Shown: positions 11,521 through 28,084, counted from the first letter of the stretch. The stretch is DNA of 64,000 nucleotides from Auanema rhodensis (GCA_964057225.1 OZ059895.1:17980001-18044000); one strand, 5' to 3'. Translations and numbers: made by a program. The notes: generated by a model not told the origin, from the letters alone.

Positions 11521-12138
11521 TCAAAAGAAGACAAGCAAATAAGCTTTTATCAGTGTTGAATGCTGAAAACACTTGCAATATTGCTAAGAAGTTTTTTGTC
11601 CTTATCAATATCAGAAATAGTATCAGTACTGAGGTTCTTGTAAAGGAAAACATACTGAAAATGCTCTTAGCTACAAAACAGGATAAATAACAATTTTTAA
11701 TAGCTATACGTTAAAATAAACTTATGTTTTTTGAAGAAATATCTTTAAAAACTTTGTAAAGTTAAGTTATGTATGATTGAATACGTGAATCATTCATAAT
11801 GTACTCATTATCAGTTTCAAAAAATTGTCACTTTGTTTGGATTCTTAAAGGATTAGAGTGTTTCTAAGCAGACACGCAAACACAATATGAACACATCACG
11901 AACATGACCTGATAGCAACAGGGCATTTCTTTCGGTCTTGAATTTAATTAGTAAAACTTTTCCTTTATCATTGCGGCATCGAAAACAAAAATCTTCAAAT
12001 TGAATATTATAGTATTTATTACCTCATTTAGAAAGTACAACATAAACTCATTAAAGGTTGAGTATGATAAGAACAGTGGTATATAATGAGTGAAGAGCTT
12101 TACTCCAGTACTCTTCTTACGGAAGGCAGTAATTCAGA

Positions 12139-12978
12139 ATGCATCGTTCGATGTGGACCGTTCTCTTTGCCGTGCTTATGGCTCAGGTATACTTTCAGTA
12201 ACTTTAAATGAATTCTGAAATATTTTAGACTAGAGTAAGCGCTCGCTATGTCTCCACACAACCTGAAGCCAAATTTTTGAGCATGGCACTTCCTGAAGGA
12301 GGTGTAGTCAGCGGAGCTGCTGGAGCCGCAGGAGGATTGGTTAACGGAGCTGCTGGAGCTGCAGGAGGAATTGTCAACGGAGCTGCTGGTGCCGCAGGAG
12401 GAATCGTTCGTGGAGCACACGGAGCTGCCACAGGATTGGTTAACGGAGCTGCTGGAGCTGCAGGAGGATTGGTTAACGGAGCTGCTCAAGCTGCAGGAGG
12501 AATTGTCAACGGAGCTGCTGGAGCTGCAGGAGGAATCGTTCGTGGAGCACACGGAGCTGCCACAGGATTAGTTAACGGAGCTAGTATTGGATTAGGATCT
12601 ATTATTGGAGGATTGGCCCACGCTGCCAACGGAATTGTCAACGGAGCTGCAGGAGCATTGAATGGTGGATATTACGGAGGACCTGGAGTTATATATGGTG
12701 GATCATACGGAGTACCTGGAGTTATATATGGTGGATCATACGGAGTACCTGGAGTTATATATGGTGGATCATACGGAGTACCTGGAAGCGTGTATGGAGG
12801 ATCATACGGAGGATCATACGGAGTACCTGGAGGTATGTATGGTGGATCATACGGAGGATCTGGAGGTATGTATGGTGGATCATACGGAGGCCCTGGAGGC
12901 ATGTATGGTGGATCATACGGAGGATCTGGATCATACACATATCCACCATCTTACGGACCATACCTTCAAATTAAGTAA
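12139..12978 (+). CDS. D1: secreted Gly/Ala + Gly/Tyr repeat protein (265 aa)
   Basis: 48-nt signal-peptide exon, 42-nt intron, exon 2 in frame with ORF 12277-12978. Confidence 0.9.
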
Positions 12979-13415
12979 AAAATATCTTTTTAAAAAGAAT
13001 GAGCAATCTTTAACAATGATAAAATCTGCCAAAAGATGTATAACAACTAAGATTTCATTTTTGTCTCATGCTTGTACTTAGGCAATTATGTTTAAATAAA
13101 CGCTCATATCCAATCATCTTATTATATCTAAAACCAAAACAATCGAAATTAGAGATTAAATTACAGTTATACATGTTAATCGGTATTACTCATGATTAGA
13201 AACCTTAACAATAAAAAGGTTTATGAATATATATAAAGTACATATTGATATATAACGAGATTAATTTAATTACCTGTAAAACCATGAGGTATATTGCAAA
13301 CGTAAATAAGAGATATCATAATTAGGAAATTTTCAAACGGTTCTAAAGAATAGAATAATAATAGTGACCTTAATAACTATAAATAAATTTTAAATCCTAT
13401 TTTTGTGCCAAGTTA

Positions 13416-13523
<108 letters not shown>

Positions 13524-14141
13524 TCAAAAGAAGACAAGCAAATAAGCTTTTATCAGTGTTGAATGCTGAAAACACTTGCAATATTGCTAAGAAGTTTTTT
13601 GTCCTTATCAATATCAGAAATAGTATCAGTACTGAGGTTCTTGTAAAGGAAAACATACTGAAAATGCTCTTAGCTACAAAACAGGATAAATAACAATTTT
13701 TAATAGCTATACGTTAAAATAAACTTATGTTTTTTGAAGAAATATCTTTAAAAACTTTGTAAAGTTAAGTTATGTATGATTGAATACGTGAATCATTCAT
13801 AATGTACTCATTATCAGTTTCAAAAAATTGTCACTTTGTTTGGATTCTTAAAGGATTAGAGTGTTTCTAAGCAGACACGCAAACACAATATGAACACATC
13901 ACGAACATGACCTGATAGCAACAGGGCATTTCTTTCGGTCTTGAATTTAATTAGTAAAACTTTTCCTTTATCATTGCGGCATCGAAAACAAAAATCTTCA
14001 AATTGAATATTATAGTATTTATTACCTCATTTAGAAAGTACAACATAAACTCATTAAAGGTTGAGTATGATAAGAACAGTGGTATATAATGAGTGAAGAG
14101 CTTTACTCCAGTACTCTTCTTACGGAAGGCAGTAATTCAGA

Positions 14142-14969
14142 ATGCATCGTTCGATGTGGACCGTTCTCTTTGCCGTGCTTATGGCTCAGGTATACTTTCA
14201 GTAACTTTAAATGAATTCTGAAATATTTTAGACTAGAGTAAGCGCTCGCTATGTCTCCACACAGCCTGAAGCCAAATTTTTGAGCATGGCACTTCCTGAA
14301 GGAGGTGTAGTCAGCGGAGCTGCTGGAGCCGCAGGAGGATTGGTTAACGGAGCTGCTGGAGCTGCAGGAGGAATTGTCAACGGAGCTGCTGGTGCCGCAG
14401 GAGGAATCGTTCGTGGAGCACACGGAGCTGCCACAGGATTGGTTAACGGAGCTGCTGGAGCTGCAGGAGGATTGGTTAACGGAGCTGCTCAAGCTGCAGG
14501 AGGAATTGTCAACGGAGCTGCTGGAGCTGCAGGAGAAATCGTTCGTGGAGCACACGGAGCTGCCACAGGATTAGTTAACGGAGCTAGTATTGGATTAGGA
14601 TCTATTATTGGAGGATTGGCCCACGCTGCCAGCGGAATTGTCAACGGAGCTGCAGGAGCATTGAATGGTGGATATTATGGAGGACCTGGAGCTATATATG
14701 GTGGATATTACGGAGGACCTGGAGTTATATATGGTGGATCATACGGAGTACCTGGAGTTATATATGGTGGATCATACGGAGTACCTGGAGTTATATATGG
14801 TGGATCATACGGAGTACCTGGAGGTATGTATGGTGGATCATACGGAGGATCTGGAAGTATGTATGGTGGATCATACGGAGGCCCTGGAGGTATGTATGGT
14901 GGATCATACGGAGGATCTGGATCATACGTATATCCACCATCTTACGGACCATACCTTCAAATTAAGTAA
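14142..14969 (+). CDS. D2 array copy (261 aa)
   Basis: Same two-exon structure as D1. Confidence 0.9.
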
Positions 14970-15406
14970 AAAATATCTTTTTAAAAAGAATGAGCAATCT
15001 TTAACAATGATAAAATCTGCCAAAAGATGTATAACAACTAAGATTTCATTTTTGTCTCATGCTTGTACTTAGGCAATTATGTTTAAATAAACGCTCATAT
15101 CCAATCATCTTATTATATCTAAAACCAAAACAATCGAAATTAGAGATTAAATTACAGTTATACATGTTAATCGGTATTACTCATGATTAGAAACCTTAAC
15201 AATAAAAAGGTTTATGAATATATATAAAGTACATATTGATATATAACGAGATTAATTTAATTACCTGTAAAACCATGAGGTATATTGCAAACGTAAATAA
15301 GAGATATCATAATTAGGAAATTTTCAAACGGTTCTAAAGAATAGAATAATAATAGTGACCTTAATAACTATAAATAAATTTTAAATCCTATTTTTGTGCC
15401 AAGTTA

Positions 15407-15514
<108 letters not shown>

Positions 15515-16132
15515 TCAAAAGAAGACAAGCAAATAAGCTTTTATCAGTGTTGAATGCTGAAAACACTTGCAATATTGCTAAGAAGTTTTTTGTCCTTATC
15601 AATATCAGAAATAGTATCAGTACTGAGGTTCTTGTAAAGGAAAACATACTGAAAATGCTCTTAGCTACAAAACAGGATAAATAACAATTTTTAATAGCTA
15701 TACGTTAAAATAAACTTATGTTTTTTGAAGAAATATCTTTAAAAACTTTGTAAAGTTAAGTTATGTATGATTGAATACGTGAATCATTCATAATGTACTC
15801 ATTATCAGTTTCAAAAAATTGTCACTTTGTTTGGATTCTTAAAGGATTAGAGTGTTTCTAAGCAGACACGCAAACACAATATGAACACATCACGAACATG
15901 ACCTGATAGCAACAGGGCATTTCTTTCGGTCTTGAATTTAATTAGTAAAACTTTTCCTTTATCATTGCGGCATCGAAAACAAAAATCTTCAAATTGAATA
16001 TTATAGTATTTATTACCTCATTTAGAAAGTACAACATAAACTCATTAAAGGTTGAGTATGATAAGAACAGTGGTATATAATGAGTGAAGAGCTTTACTCC
16101 AGTACTCTTCTTACGGAAGGCAGTAATTCAGA

Positions 16133-16972
16133 ATGCATCGTTCGATGTGGACCGTTCTCTTTGCCGTGCTTATGGCTCAGGTATACTTTCAGTAACTTTA
16201 AATGAATTCTGAAATATTTTAGACTAGAGTAAGCGCTCGCTATGTCTCCACACAGCCTGAAGCCAAATTTTTGAGCATGGCACTTCCTGAAGGAGGTGTA
16301 GTCAGCGGAGCTGCTGGAGCCGCAGGAGGATTGGTTAACGGAGCTGCTGGAGCTGCAGGAGGAATTGTCAACGGAGCTGCTGGTGCCGCAGGAGGAATCG
16401 TTCGTGGAGCACACGGAGCTGCCACAGGATTGGTTAACGGAGCTGCTGGAGCTGCAGGAGGATTGGTTAACGGAGCTGCTCAAGCTGCAGGAGGAATTGT
16501 CAACGGAGCTGCTGGAGCTGCAGGAGAAATCGTTCGTGGAGCACACGGAGCTGCCACAGGATTAGTTAACGGAGCTAGTATTGGATTAGGATCTATTATT
16601 GGAGGATTGGCCCACGCTGCCAGCGGAATTGTCAACGGAGCTGCAGGAGCATTGAATGGTGGATATTATGGAGGACCTGGAGTTATATATGGTGGATCAT
16701 ACGGAGTACCTGGAGTTATATATGGTGGATCATACGGAGTACCTGGAGGTATGTATGGTGGATCATACGGAGTACCTGGAAGCGTGTATGGAGGATCATA
16801 CGGAGGATCATACGGAGTACCTGGAGGTATGTATGGTGGATCATACGGAGGATCTGGAAGTATGTATGGTGGATCATACGGAGGCCCTGGAGGTATGTAT
16901 GGTGGATCATACGGAGGATCTGGATCATACGTATATCCACCATCTTACGGACCATACCTTCAAATTAAGTAA
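16133..16972 (+). CDS. D3 array copy (265 aa)
   Basis: Same two-exon structure as D1. Confidence 0.9.
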
Positions 16973-17409
16973 AAAATATCTTTTTAAAAAGAATGAGCAA
17001 TCTTTAACAATGATAAAATCTGCCAAAAGATGTATAACAACTAAGATTTCATTTTTGTCTCATGCTTGTACTTAGGCAATTATGTTTAAATAAACGCTCA
17101 TATCCAATCATCTTATTATATCTAAAACCAAAACAATCGAAATTAGAGATTAAATTACAGTTATACATGTTAATCGGTATTACTCATGATTAGAAACCTT
17201 AACAATAAAAAGGTTTATGAATATATATAAAGTACATATTGATATATAACGAGATTAATTTAATTACCTGTAAAACCATGAGGTATATTGCAAACGTAAA
17301 TAAGAGATATCATAATTAGGAAATTTTCAAACGGTTCTAAAGAATAGAATAATAATAGTGACCTTAATAACTATAAATAAATTTTAAATCCTATTTTTGT
17401 GCCAAGTTA

Positions 17410-17517
<108 letters not shown>

Positions 17518-18135
17518 TCAAAAGAAGACAAGCAAATAAGCTTTTATCAGTGTTGAATGCTGAAAACACTTGCAATATTGCTAAGAAGTTTTTTGTCCTT
17601 ATCAATATCAGAAATAGTATCAGTACTGAGGTTCTTGTAAAGGAAAACATACTGAAAATGCTCTTAGCTACAAAACAGGATAAATAACAATTTTTAATAG
17701 CTATACGTTAAAATAAACTTATGTTTTTTGAAGAAATATCTTTAAAAACTTTGTAAAGTTAAGTTATGTATGATTGAATACGTGAATCATTCATAATGTA
17801 CTCATTATCAGTTTCAAAAAATTGTCACTTTGTTTGGATTCTTAAAGGATTAGAGTGTTTCTAAGCAGACACGCAAACACAATATGAACACATCACGAAC
17901 ATGACCTGATAGCAACAGGGCATTTCTTTCGGTCTTGAATTTAATTAGTAAAACTTTTCCTTTATCATTGCGGCATCGAAAACAAAAATCTTCAAATTGA
18001 ATATTATAGTATTTATTACCTCATTTAGAAAGTACAACATAAACTCATTAAAGGTTGAGTATGATAAGAACAGTGGTATATAATGAGTGAAGAGCTTTAC
18101 TCCAGTACTCTTCTTACGGAAGGCAGTAATTCAGA

Positions 18136-18975
18136 ATGCATCGTTCGATGTGGACCGTTCTCTTTGCCGTGCTTATGGCTCAGGTATACTTTCAGTAACT
18201 TTAAATGAATTCTGAAATATTTTAGACTAGAGTAAGCGCTCGCTATGTCTCCACACAGCCTGAAGCCAAATTTTTGAGCATGGCACTTCCTGAAGGAGGT
18301 GTAGTCAGCGGAGCTGCTGGAGCCGCAGGAGGATTGGTTAACGGAGCTGCTGGAGCTGCAGGAGGAATTGTCAACGGAGCTGCTGGTGCCGCAGGAGGAA
18401 TCGTTCGTGGAGCACACGGAGCTGCCACAGGATTGGTTAACGGAGCTGCTGGAGCTGCAGGAGGATTGGTTAACGGAGCTGCTCAAGCTGCAGGAGGAAT
18501 TGTCAACGGAGCTGCTGGAGCTGCAGGAGAAATCGTTCGTGGAGCACACGGAGCTGCCACAGGATTAGTTAACGGAGCTAGTATTGGATTAGGATCTATT
18601 ATTGGAGGATTGGCCCACGCTGCCAGCGGAATTGTCAACGGAGCTGCAGGAGCATTGAATGGTGGATATTATGGAGGACCTGGAGTTATATATGGTGGAT
18701 CATACGGAGTACCTGGAGTTATATATGGTGGATCATACGGAGTACCTGGAGGTATGTATGGTGGATCATACGGAGTACCTGGAAGCGTGTATGGAGGATC
18801 ATACGGAGGATCATACGGAGTACCTGGAGGTATGTATGGTGGATCATACGGAGGATCTGGAAGTATGTATGGTGGATCATACGGAGGCCCTGGAGGTATG
18901 TATGGTGGATCATACGGAGGATCTGGATCATACGTATATCCACCATCTTACGGACCATACCTTCAAATTAAGTAA
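18136..18975 (+). CDS. D4 array copy (265 aa)
   Basis: Same two-exon structure; protein identical to D3. Confidence 0.9.
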
Positions 18976-19412
18976 AAAATATCTTTTTAAAAAGAATGAG
19001 CAATCTTTAACAATGATAAAATCTGCCAAAAGATGTATAACAACTAAGATTTCATTTTTGTCTCATGCTTGTACTTAGGCAATTATGTTTAAATAAACGC
19101 TCATATCCAATCATCTTATTATATCTAAAACCAAAACAATCGAAATTAGAGATTAAATTACAGTTATACATGTTAATCGGTATTACTCATGATTAGAAAC
19201 CTTAACAATAAAAAGGTTTATGAATATATATAAAGTACATATTGATATATAACGAGATTAATTTAATTACCTGTAAAACCATGAGGTATATTGCAAACGT
19301 AAATAAGAGATATCATAATTAGGAAATTTTCAAACGGTTCTAAAGAATAGAATAATAATAGTGACCTTAATAACTATAAATAAATTTTAAATCCTATTTT
19401 TGTGCCAAGTTA

Positions 19413-19520
<108 letters not shown>

Positions 19521-20138
19521 TCAAAAGAAGACAAGCAAATAAGCTTTTATCAGTGTTGAATGCTGAAAACACTTGCAATATTGCTAAGAAGTTTTTTGTC
19601 CTTATCAATATCAGAAATAGTATCAGTACTGAGGTTCTTGTAAAGGAAAACATACTGAAAATGCTCTTAGCTACAAAACAGGATAAATAACAATTTTTAA
19701 TAGCTATACGTTAAAATAAACTTATGTTTTTTGAAGAAATATCTTTAAAAACTTTGTAAAGTTAAGTTATGTATGATTGAATACGTGAATCATTCATAAT
19801 GTACTCATTATCAGTTTCAAAAAATTGTCACTTTGTTTGGATTCTTAAAGGATTAGAGTGTTTCTAAGCAGACACGCAAACACAATATGAACACATCACG
19901 AACATGACCTGATAGCAACAGGGCATTTCTTTCGGTCTTGAATTTAATTAGTAAAACTTTTCCTTTATCATTGCGGCATCGAAAACAAAAATCTTCAAAT
20001 TGAATATTATAGTATTTATTACCTCATTTAGAAAGTACAACATAAACTCATTAAAGGTTGAGTATGATAAGAACAGTGGTATATAATGAGTGAAGAGCTT
20101 TACTCCAGTACTCTTCTTACGGAAGGCAGTAATTCAGA

Positions 20139-20945
20139 ATGCATCGTTCGATGTGGACCGTTCTCTTTGCCGTGCTTATGGCTCAGGTATACTTTCAGTA
20201 ACTTTAAATGAATTCTGAAATATTTTAGACTAGAGTAAGCGCTCGCTATGTCTCCACACAGCCTGAAGCCAAATTTTTGAGCATGGCACTTCCTGAAGGA
20301 GGTGTAGTCAGCGGAGCTGCTGGAGCCGCAGGAGGATTGGTTAACGGAGCTGCTGGAGCTGCAGGAGGAATTGTCAACGGAGCTGCTGGTGCCGCAGGAG
20401 GAATCGTTCGTGGAGCACACGGAGCTGCCACAGGATTGGTTAACGGAGCTGCTGGAGCTGCAGGAGGATTGGTTAACGGAGCTGCTCAAGCTGCAGGAGG
20501 AATTGTCAACGGAGCTGCTGGAGCTGCAGGAGAAATCGTTCGTGGAGCACACGGAGCTGCCACAGGATTAGTTAACGGAGCTAGTATTGGATTAGGATCT
20601 ATTATTGGAGGATTGGCCCACGCTGCCAGCGGAATTGTCAACGGAGCTGCAGGAGCATTGAATGGTGGATATTATGGAGGACCTGGAGTTATATATGGTG
20701 GATATTACGGAGGACCTGGAGTTATATATGGTGGATCATACGGAGTACCTGGAAGCGTGTATGGAGGATCATACGGAGGATCATACGGAGTACCTGGAGG
20801 TATGTATGGTGGATCATACGGAGGATCTGGAAGTATGTATGGTGGATCATACGGAGGCCCTGGAGGCATGTATGGTGGATCATACGGAGGATCTGGATCA
20901 TACACATATCCACCATCTTACGGACCATACCTTCAAATTAAGTAA
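20139..20945 (+). CDS. D5 array copy (254 aa)
   Basis: Same two-exon structure as D1. Confidence 0.9.
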
Positions 20946-21382
20946 AAAATATCTTTTTAAAAAGAATGAGCAATCTTTAACAATGATAAAATCTGCCAAA
21001 AGATGTATAACAACTAAGATTTCATTTTTGTCTCATGCTTGTACTTAGGCAATTATGTTTAAATAAACGCTCATATCCAATCATCTTATTATATCTAAAA
21101 CCAAAACAATCGAAATTAGAGATTAAATTACAGTTATACATGTTAATCGGTATTACTCATGATTAGAAACCTTAACAATAAAAAGGTTTATGAATATATA
21201 TAAAGTACATATTGATATATAACGAGATTAATTTAATTACCTGTAAAACCATGAGGTATATTGCAAACGTAAATAAGAGATATCATAATTAGGAAATTTT
21301 CAAACGGTTCTAAAGAATAGAATAATAATAGTGACCTTAATAACTATAAATAAATTTTAAATCCTATTTTTGTGCCAAGTTA

Positions 21383-21490
<108 letters not shown>

Positions 21491-22108
21491 TCAAAAGAAG
21501 ACAAGCAAATAAGCTTTTATCAGTGTTGAATGCTGAAAACACTTGCAATATTGCTAAGAAGTTTTTTGTCCTTATCAATATCAGAAATAGTATCAGTACT
21601 GAGGTTCTTGTAAAGGAAAACATACTGAAAATGCTCTTAGCTACAAAACAGGATAAATAACAATTTTTAATAGCTATACGTTAAAATAAACTTATGTTTT
21701 TTGAAGAAATATCTTTAAAAACTTTGTAAAGTTAAGTTATGTATGATTGAATACGTGAATCATTCATAATGTACTCATTATCAGTTTCAAAAAATTGTCA
21801 CTTTGTTTGGATTCTTAAAGGATTAGAGTGTTTCTAAGCAGACACGCAAACACAATATGAACACATCACGAACATGACCTGATAGCAACAGGGCATTTCT
21901 TTCGGTCTTGAATTTAATTAGTAAAACTTTTCCTTTATCATTGCGGCATCGAAAACAAAAATCTTCAAATTGAATATTATAGTATTTATTACCTCATTTA
22001 GAAAGTACAACATAAACTCATTAAAGGTTGAGTATGATAAGAACAGTGGTATATAATGAGTGAAGAGCTTTACTCCAGTACTCTTCTTACGGAAGGCAGT
22101 AATTCAGA

Positions 22109-22915
22109 ATGCATCGTTCGATGTGGACCGTTCTCTTTGCCGTGCTTATGGCTCAGGTATACTTTCAGTAACTTTAAATGAATTCTGAAATATTTTAGAC
22201 TAGAGTAAGCGCTCGCTATGTCTCCACACAGCCTGAAGCCAAATTTTTGAGCATGGCACTTCCTGAAGGAGGTGTAGTCAGCGGAGCTGCTGGAGCCGCA
22301 GGAGGATTGGTTAACGGAGCTGCTGGAGCTGCAGGAGGAATTGTCAACGGAGCTGCTGGTGCCGCAGGAGGAATCGTTCGTGGAGCACACGGAGCTGCCA
22401 CAGGATTGGTTAACGGAGCTGCTGGAGCTGCAGGAGGATTGGTTAACGGAGCTGCTCAAGCTGCAGGAGGAATTGTCAACGGAGCTGCTGGAGCTGCAGG
22501 AGAAATCGTTCGTGGAGCACACGGAGCTGCCACAGGATTAGTTAACGGAGCTAGTATTGGATTAGGATCTATTATTGGAGGATTGGCCCACGCTGCCAGC
22601 GGAATTGTCAACGGAGCTGCAGGAGCATTGAATGGTGGATATTATGGAGGACCTGGAGTTATATATGGTGGATATTACGGAGGACCTGGAGTTATATATG
22701 GTGGATCATACGGAGTACCTGGAAGCGTGTATGGAGGATCATACGGAGGATCATACGGAGTACCTGGAGGTATGTATGGTGGATCATACGGAGGATCTGG
22801 AAGTATGTATGGTGGATCATACGGAGGCCCTGGAGGCATGTATGGTGGATCATACGGAGGATCTGGATCATACACATATCCACCATCTTACGGACCATAC
22901 CTTCAAATTAAGTAA
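22109..22915 (+). CDS. D6 array copy (254 aa)
   Basis: Same two-exon structure; protein identical to D5. Confidence 0.9.
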
Positions 22916-23352
22916 AAAATATCTTTTTAAAAAGAATGAGCAATCTTTAACAATGATAAAATCTGCCAAAAGATGTATAACAACTAAGATTTCATTTTTG
23001 TCTCATGCTTGTACTTAGGCAATTATGTTTAAATAAACGCTCATATCCAATCATCTTATTATATCTAAAACCAAAACAATCGAAATTAGAGATTAAATTA
23101 CAGTTATACATGTTAATCGGTATTACTCATGATTAGAAACCTTAACAATAAAAAGGTTTATGAATATATATAAAGTACATATTGATATATAACGAGATTA
23201 ATTTAATTACCTGTAAAACCATGAGGTATATTGCAAACGTAAATAAGAGATATCATAATTAGGAAATTTTCAAACGGTTCTAAAGAATAGAATAATAATA
23301 GTGACCTTAATAACTATAAATAAATTTTAAATCCTATTTTTGTGCCAAGTTA

Positions 23353-23460
<108 letters not shown>

Positions 23461-24078
23461 TCAAAAGAAGACAAGCAAATAAGCTTTTATCAGTGTTGAA
23501 TGCTGAAAACACTTGCAATATTGCTAAGAAGTTTTTTGTCCTTATCAATATCAGAAATAGTATCAGTACTGAGGTTCTTGTAAAGGAAAACATACTGAAA
23601 ATGCTCTTAGCTACAAAACAGGATAAATAACAATTTTTAATAGCTATACGTTAAAATAAACTTATGTTTTTTGAAGAAATATCTTTAAAAACTTTGTAAA
23701 GTTAAGTTATGTATGATTGAATACGTGAATCATTCATAATGTACTCATTATCAGTTTCAAAAAATTGTCACTTTGTTTGGATTCTTAAAGGATTAGAGTG
23801 TTTCTAAGCAGACACGCAAACACAATATGAACACATCACGAACATGACCTGATAGCAACAGGGCATTTCTTTCGGTCTTGAATTTAATTAGTAAAACTTT
23901 TCCTTTATCATTGCGGCATCGAAAACAAAAATCTTCAAATTGAATATTATAGTATTTATTACCTCATTTAGAAAGTACAACATAAACTCATTAAAGGTTG
24001 AGTATGATAAGAACAGTGGTATATAATGAGTGAAGAGCTTTACTCCAGTACTCTTCTTACGGAAGGCAGTAATTCAGA

Positions 24079-24918
24079 ATGCATCGTTCGATGTGGACCG
24101 TTCTCTTTGCCGTGCTTATGGCTCAGGTATACTTTCAGTAACTTTAAATGAATTCTGAAATATTTTAGACTAGAGTAAGCGCTCGCTATGTCTCCACACA
24201 GCCTGAAGCCAAATTTTTGAGCATGGCACTTCCTGAAGGAGGTGTAGTCAGCGGAGCTGCTGGAGCCGCAGGAGGATTGGTTAACGGAGCTGCTGGAGCT
24301 GCAGGAGGAATTGTCAACGGAGCTGCTGGTGCCGCAGGAGGAATCGTTCGTGGAGCACACGGAGCTGCCACAGGATTGGTTAACGGAGCTGCTGGAGCTG
24401 CAGGAGGATTGGTTAACGGAGCTGCTCAAGCTGCAGGAGGAATTGTCAACGGAGCTGCTGGAGCTGCAGGAGGAATCGTTCGTGGAGCACACGGAGCTGC
24501 CACAGGATTAGTTAACGGAGCTAGTATTGGATTAGGATCTATTATTGGAGGATTGGCCCACGCTGCCAACGGAATTGTCAACGGAGCTGCAGGAGCATTG
24601 AATGGTGGATATTACGGAGGACCTGGAGTTATATATGGTGGATCATACGGAGTACCTGGAGTTATATATGGTGGATCATACGGAGTACCTGGAGTTATAT
24701 ATGGTGGATCATACGGAGTACCTGGAAGCGTGTATGGAGGATCATACGGAGGATCATACGGAGTACCTGGAGGTATGTATGGTGGATCATACGGAGGATC
24801 TGGAAGTATGTATGGTGGATCATACGGAGGCCCTGGAGGTATGTATGGTGGATCATACGGAGGATCTGGATCATACGTATATCCACCATCTTACGGACCA
24901 TACCTTCAAATTAAGTAA
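24079..24918 (+). CDS. D7 array copy (265 aa)
   Basis: Same two-exon structure as D1. Confidence 0.9.
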
Positions 24919-25355
24919 AAAATATCTTTTTAAAAAGAATGAGCAATCTTTAACAATGATAAAATCTGCCAAAAGATGTATAACAACTAAGATTTCATTT
25001 TTGTCTCATGCTTGTACTTAGGCAATTATGTTTAAATAAACGCTCATATCCAATCATCTTATTATATCTAAAACCAAAACAATCGAAATTAGAGATTAAA
25101 TTACAGTTATACATGTTAATCGGTATTACTCATGATTAGAAACCTTAACAATAAAAAGGTTTATGAATATATATAAAGTACATATTGATATATAACGAGA
25201 TTAATTTAATTACCTGTAAAACCATGAGGTATATTGCAAACGTAAATAAGAGATATCATAATTAGGAAATTTTCAAACGGTTCTAAAGAATAGAATAATA
25301 ATAGTGACCTTAATAACTATAAATAAATTTTAAATCCTATTTTTGTGCCAAGTTA

Positions 25356-25463
<108 letters not shown>

Positions 25464-26081
25464 TCAAAAGAAGACAAGCAAATAAGCTTTTATCAGTGTT
25501 GAATGCTGAAAACACTTGCAATATTGCTAAGAAGTTTTTTGTCCTTATCAATATCAGAAATAGTATCAGTACTGAGGTTCTTGTAAAGGAAAACATACTG
25601 AAAATGCTCTTAGCTACAAAACAGGATAAATAACAATTTTTAATAGCTATACGTTAAAATAAACTTATGTTTTTTGAAGAAATATCTTTAAAAACTTTGT
25701 AAAGTTAAGTTATGTATGATTGAATACGTGAATCATTCATAATGTACTCATTATCAGTTTCAAAAAATTGTCACTTTGTTTGGATTCTTAAAGGATTAGA
25801 GTGTTTCTAAGCAGACACGCAAACACAATATGAACACATCACGAACATGACCTGATAGCAACAGGGCATTTCTTTCGGTCTTGAATTTAATTAGTAAAAC
25901 TTTTCCTTTATCATTGCGGCATCGAAAACAAAAATCTTCAAATTGAATATTATAGTATTTATTACCTCATTTAGAAAGTACAACATAAACTCATTAAAGG
26001 TTGAGTATGATAAGAACAGTGGTATATAATGAGTGAAGAGCTTTACTCCAGTACTCTTCTTACGGAAGGCAGTAATTCAGA

Positions 26082-26921
26082 ATGCATCGTTCGATGTGGA
26101 CCGTTCTCTTTGCCGTGCTTATGGCTCAGGTATACTTTCAGTAACTTTAAATGAATTCTGAAATATTTTAGACTAGAGTAAGCGCTCGCTATGTCTCCAC
26201 ACAGCCTGAAGCCAAATTTTTGAGCATGGCACTTCCTGAAGGAGGTGTAGTCAGCGGAGCTGCTGGAGCCGCAGGAGGATTGGTTAACGGAGCTGCTGGA
26301 GCTGCAGGAGGAATTGTCAACGGAGCTGCTGGTGCCGCAGGAGGAATCGTTCGTGGAGCACACGGAGCTGCCACAGGATTGGTTAACGGAGCTGCTGGAG
26401 CTGCAGGAGGATTGGTTAACGGAGCTGCTCAAGCTGCAGGAGGAATTGTCAACGGAGCTGCTGGAGCTGCAGGAGGAATCGTTCGTGGAGCACACGGAGC
26501 TGCCACAGGATTAGTTAACGGAGCTAGTATTGGATTAGGATCTATTATTGGAGGATTGGCCCACGCTGCCAACGGAATTGTCAACGGAGCTGCAGGAGCA
26601 TTGAATGGTGGATATTACGGAGGACCTGGAGTTATATATGGTGGATCATACGGAGTACCTGGAGTTATATATGGTGGATCATACGGAGTACCTGGAGTTA
26701 TATATGGTGGATCATACGGAGTACCTGGTAGCGTGTATGGAGGATCATACGGAGGATCATACGGAGTACCTGGAGGTATGTATGGTGGATCATACGGAGG
26801 ATCTGGAAGTATGTATGGTGGATCATACGGAGGCCCTGGAGGTATGTATGGTGGATCATACGGAGGATCTGGATCATACGTATATCCACCATCTTACGGA
26901 CCATACCTTCAAATTAAGTAA
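26082..26921 (+). CDS. D8 array copy (265 aa)
   Basis: Same two-exon structure; protein identical to D7. Confidence 0.9.
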
Positions 26922-27358
26922 AAAATATCTTTTTAAAAAGAATGAGCAATCTTTAACAATGATAAAATCTGCCAAAAGATGTATAACAACTAAGATTTCA
27001 TTTTTGTCTCATGCTTGTACTTAGGCAATTATGTTTAAATAAACGCTCATATCCAATCATCTTATTATATCTAAAACCAAAACAATCGAAATTAGAGATT
27101 AAATTACAGTTATACATGTTAATCGGTATTACTCATGATTAGAAACCTTAACAATAAAAAGGTTTATGAATATATATAAAGTACATATTGATATATAACG
27201 AGATTAATTTAATTACCTGTAAAACCATGAGGTATATTGCAAACGTAAATAAGAGATATCATAATTAGGAAATTTTCAAACGGTTCTAAAGAATAGAATA
27301 ATAATAGTGACCTTAATAACTATAAATAAATTTTAAATCCTATTTTTGTGCCAAGTTA

Positions 27359-27466
<108 letters not shown>

Positions 27467-28084
27467 TCAAAAGAAGACAAGCAAATAAGCTTTTATCAGT
27501 GTTGAATGCTGAAAACACTTGCAATATTGCTAAGAAGTTTTTTGTCCTTATCAATATCAGAAATAGTATCAGTACTGAGGTTCTTGTAAAGGAAAACATA
27601 CTGAAAATGCTCTTAGCTACAAAACAGGATAAATAACAATTTTTAATAGCTATACGTTAAAATAAACTTATGTTTTTTGAAGAAATATCTTTAAAAACTT
27701 TGTAAAGTTAAGTTATGTATGATTGAATACGTGAATCATTCATAATGTACTCATTATCAGTTTCAAAAAATTGTCACTTTGTTTGGATTCTTAAAGGATT
27801 AGAGTGTTTCTAAGCAGACACGCAAACACAATATGAACACATCACGAACATGACCTGATAGCAACAGGGCATTTCTTTCGGTCTTGAATTTAATTAGTAA
27901 AACTTTTCCTTTATCATTGCGGCATCGAAAACAAAAATCTTCAAATTGAATATTATAGTATTTATTACCTCATTTAGAAAGTACAACATAAACTCATTAA
28001 AGGTTGAGTATGATAAGAACAGTGGTATATAATGAGTGAAGAGCTTTACTCCAGTACTCTTCTTACGGAAGGCAGTAATTCAGA